The notes under the pieces: model-generated
The model's input: only the letters and a program-made list of their open reading frames with translations
Databases searched by the model: none
Told to the model about the DNA's origin: nothing
Position numbers and translations under genes: made by a program
Shown here: positions 62,048-64,000 of the stretch, piece after piece
How positions within the stretch are numbered: position 1 is the stretch's first letter
How the letters are laid out: each line of letters begins with the position of its first letter
Assembly: GCA_965214095.1 (NCBI GenBank)
Contig: OZ243938.1
Location: 2,304,001 to 2,368,000, forward strand
Origin: Candidatus Poribacteria bacterium
GTDB taxonomy: Bacteria; Poribacteria; WGA-4E; WGA-3G
Direction of reading: 5' to 3'
DNA length: 64,000 nt

Positions 62048-63034
62048 ATGAACACATCAAAACACCACTCATACACCATAATCCTACTTCTTCTATTCAT
62101 AGGAACTGTACACGCGCAAGTCCTGATAGACGCTGTCATCGCAGTTGTCAATAAACAAGCAATTACTCAAAGCGAACTCATTGATGAATTTCGCATTGAG
62201 ACTATTATAGACAAACCCTTAAAGAAGAAACCGACTGAAACAGATAAACAGACATATTTAGATCGTATCATTAGCCGTAAACTTGTCCTACAAGGGGCTA
62301 AAAAGATAGGAATTACAACTACCGATCACAAGGAACAGGTAGCAGAACGTATCGCTGAGATACATGCCATATTCCCCTCTGAAAAAGCATTTCAAGACGC
62401 TATGCAGAAACAGAAATTAGAGATTGCAACTTTAGAAAAGTGGGTGCATGAACAGATTATTTATGATGCTTATTATAATCGCCAGTTTATTAGTAGGGTT
62501 GATAACAGAGAGATTGATGAATTAGCACCACAGTATTTTGAAGCAAATAAAGAAAAATATGTTGTTCCAGCTACGGTTACGTTTCGTTCTGTCTTGATAG
62601 CCTTCCCATCCGAAAGTTCTGAAGAACAGAAACAAGTTACCAAACGGATTGCAGAACAGATCAATTCACGGTTAATGCGCGGAGAAACTTATGAAAAGAT
62701 TCAGCAAAACTTCAAAACAGATCCTGCTATCAGTATTGATTCTATAACCCTAACAACAGATACTCCCTTGGGAGTAACCGTTGCGAAATTAGAACCCACA
62801 GAACGAGAAGGACCTATCCTTGTTCCAGATGGATATAGGATTGTTGAGCTTATCAAGAAAACTGCTGCCCGGCAAAAACAGTATTCGGAAGTTAAAGACG
62901 AGATCGCCACAATGATTCGACAGAATAAAGCAGAAACCGAATTTAACAGATGGTTGGCGAGACAAAAAACAAGTGTCTCTTGGTATATCATCAACGATGC
63001 ACTTAACCAAATACAGATTCAACCGACAGAATAA
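62048..63034 (+). CDS. SurA/PrsA-like periplasmic chaperone (PpiC-type)
   Basis: IAVVNKQAITQSEL, GPILVPDGYRIV, YSEVKDEI. Confidence 0.8.
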   Translation: MNTSKHHSYTIILLLLFIGTVHAQVLIDAVIAVVNKQAITQSELIDEFRIETIIDKPLKKKPTETDKQTYLDRIISRKLVLQGAKKIGITTTDHKEQVAERIAEIHAIFPSEKAFQDAMQKQKLEIATLEKWVHEQIIYDAYYNRQFISRVDNREIDELAPQYFEANKEKYVVPATVTFRSVLIAFPSESSEEQKQVTKRIAEQINSRLMRGETYEKIQQNFKTDPAISIDSITLTTDTPLGVTVAKLEPTEREGPILVPDGYRIVELIKKTAARQKQYSEVKDEIATMIRQNKAETEFNRWLARQKTSVSWYIINDALNQIQIQPTE

Positions 63035-63038
63035 CCCG

Positions 63039-64000
63039 ATGAAACACCTGCGGTTACGAACATTCATCTGCACACTATTTCTGATATGCACTGCATCAGT
63101 TTTTGGTGAAGTCTTGCAGTGGGATATAGCCACCTATCCTGCAGATGTTCGGGAGCAACTTGATAAGGCACAACAAGCATTCAAAAAAGAGAAATTTGCG
63201 GAAGCATTCCATTTATATCAAACAATTACTCATGACAAACCAACATTTCTAATGGCACATATCGGGGAAGGTGATGCAGCCGCGAAATTAGGACGTTATC
63301 CCAATGCGATTGAGGCATTTCAACAGGCATTGCAACTGATTTCAGAGATTCCCTATGCTGAACGTGTCTCCTTTGAACCGACAGTACAAGCTAAACTTGC
63401 CACCGTCTATCATCGTAACAAACAACTTGATGAAGCAGATACATTGTTTCAGACAGCGATCAAAGGAGCAGGAGAAAACGCACCAGTCACATGGCGTATC
63501 GCTTTGGGACAGATTGAAACCGAACGCGGCAATTTTGAAAAGGCGCGGCGTTACTACATCACGGCAGTACAACTTTTTCCAGACACAACCGCTGTCTATA
63601 ACAACCTTGGACATGTCCTACTAAAACTTAACCGTATTGATGAAGCAGATGCAGTGTTTCGTCATGCCTTGACATTGAATCAAACGTTAGCAAGTGCTGC
63701 TTTTGGTAGAGGTGAAGTCGCAGCAAAACGCAGTCAATTCCTTGCAGCAAAACGTTTTTACGAACAGGCTATCCAACAATCACCACATGAACCGATATTC
63801 TATAAATCCCTTGCAGATGTGCTTGATCAACTTAAGGATACCGAAGCGGCGAAACGTGCACGCCAACGTTACAAGCAGACATTAGCAGAAGCCTATCGTC
63901 TACAGGCACATCGGTATATTGAAAAACAGCAAGGGAAACCCGCTCTGGAACTACTAACGAAGGCACTTGAAGTAGACGCAACCTATATCCCCGCACTAAA
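63039..64000 (+). CDS. 3'-truncated exported TPR-repeat protein (absent from the ORF track)
   Basis: ATG 63039, signal peptide MKHLRLRTFICTLFL..., TPR-like motifs LGRYPNAIEAFQQAL and YNNLGHVL; runs off the window. Confidence 0.8.
   Translation, partial: MKHLRLRTFICTLFLICTASVFGEVLQWDIATYPADVREQLDKAQQAFKKEKFAEAFHLYQTITHDKPTFLMAHIGEGDAAAKLGRYPNAIEAFQQALQLISEIPYAERVSFEPTVQAKLATVYHRNKQLDEADTLFQTAIKGAGENAPVTWRIALGQIETERGNFEKARRYYITAVQLFPDTTAVYNNLGHVLLKLNRIDEADAVFRHALTLNQTLASAAFGRGEVAAKRSQFLAAKRFYEQAIQQSPHEPIFYKSLADVLDQLKDTEAAKRARQRYKQTLAEAYRLQAHRYIEKQQGKPALELLTKALEVDATYIPAL

Overview
A 64-kb bacterial window of roughly 40% GC by eye. The gene repertoire suggests Candidatus Poribacteria or a relative (inference, not a database result): many PhyH-family dioxygenases, LamG proteins ending in a 'K-x-x-x-x-W-G-x-I-K' tail, a FlgD-like 'NPETWIPYQL' C-terminal domain, dockerins and an ECF-sigma fusion. 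Housekeeping loci are hisZ-hisG-hisS, groES-groEL and a SurA-like chaperone. Highlights: (1) an apparently uncharacterised six-gene envelope operon (29389-41645) with a ~2,420-aa LysM / degenerate-M28 / MacB-FtsX permease, a small membrane protein, an OPT-like transporter, a two-repeat soluble protein, an orphan PqqD/RRE protein and a LolD/MacB-type ATPase; (2) an ECF sigma factor fused in frame to a complete DnaN beta-clamp; (3) an IS4-family element that duplicates whole 20-bp REP palindromes, one copy lying at the centre of a four-layer nest of elements; (4) several unrelated MITE families that all carry GTAG-REP hairpins; (5) a tnpB-only IS200/IS605 element inserted in the 3' end of hisS, from which a TAM and guide can be predicted; (6) an unannotated His-rich leader peptide/attenuator; (7) a sigma-54 promoter before groESL; (8) Fe/2OG enzymes with HxG and HxH metal motifs. 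No CRISPR array, rRNA or tRNA was recognised.
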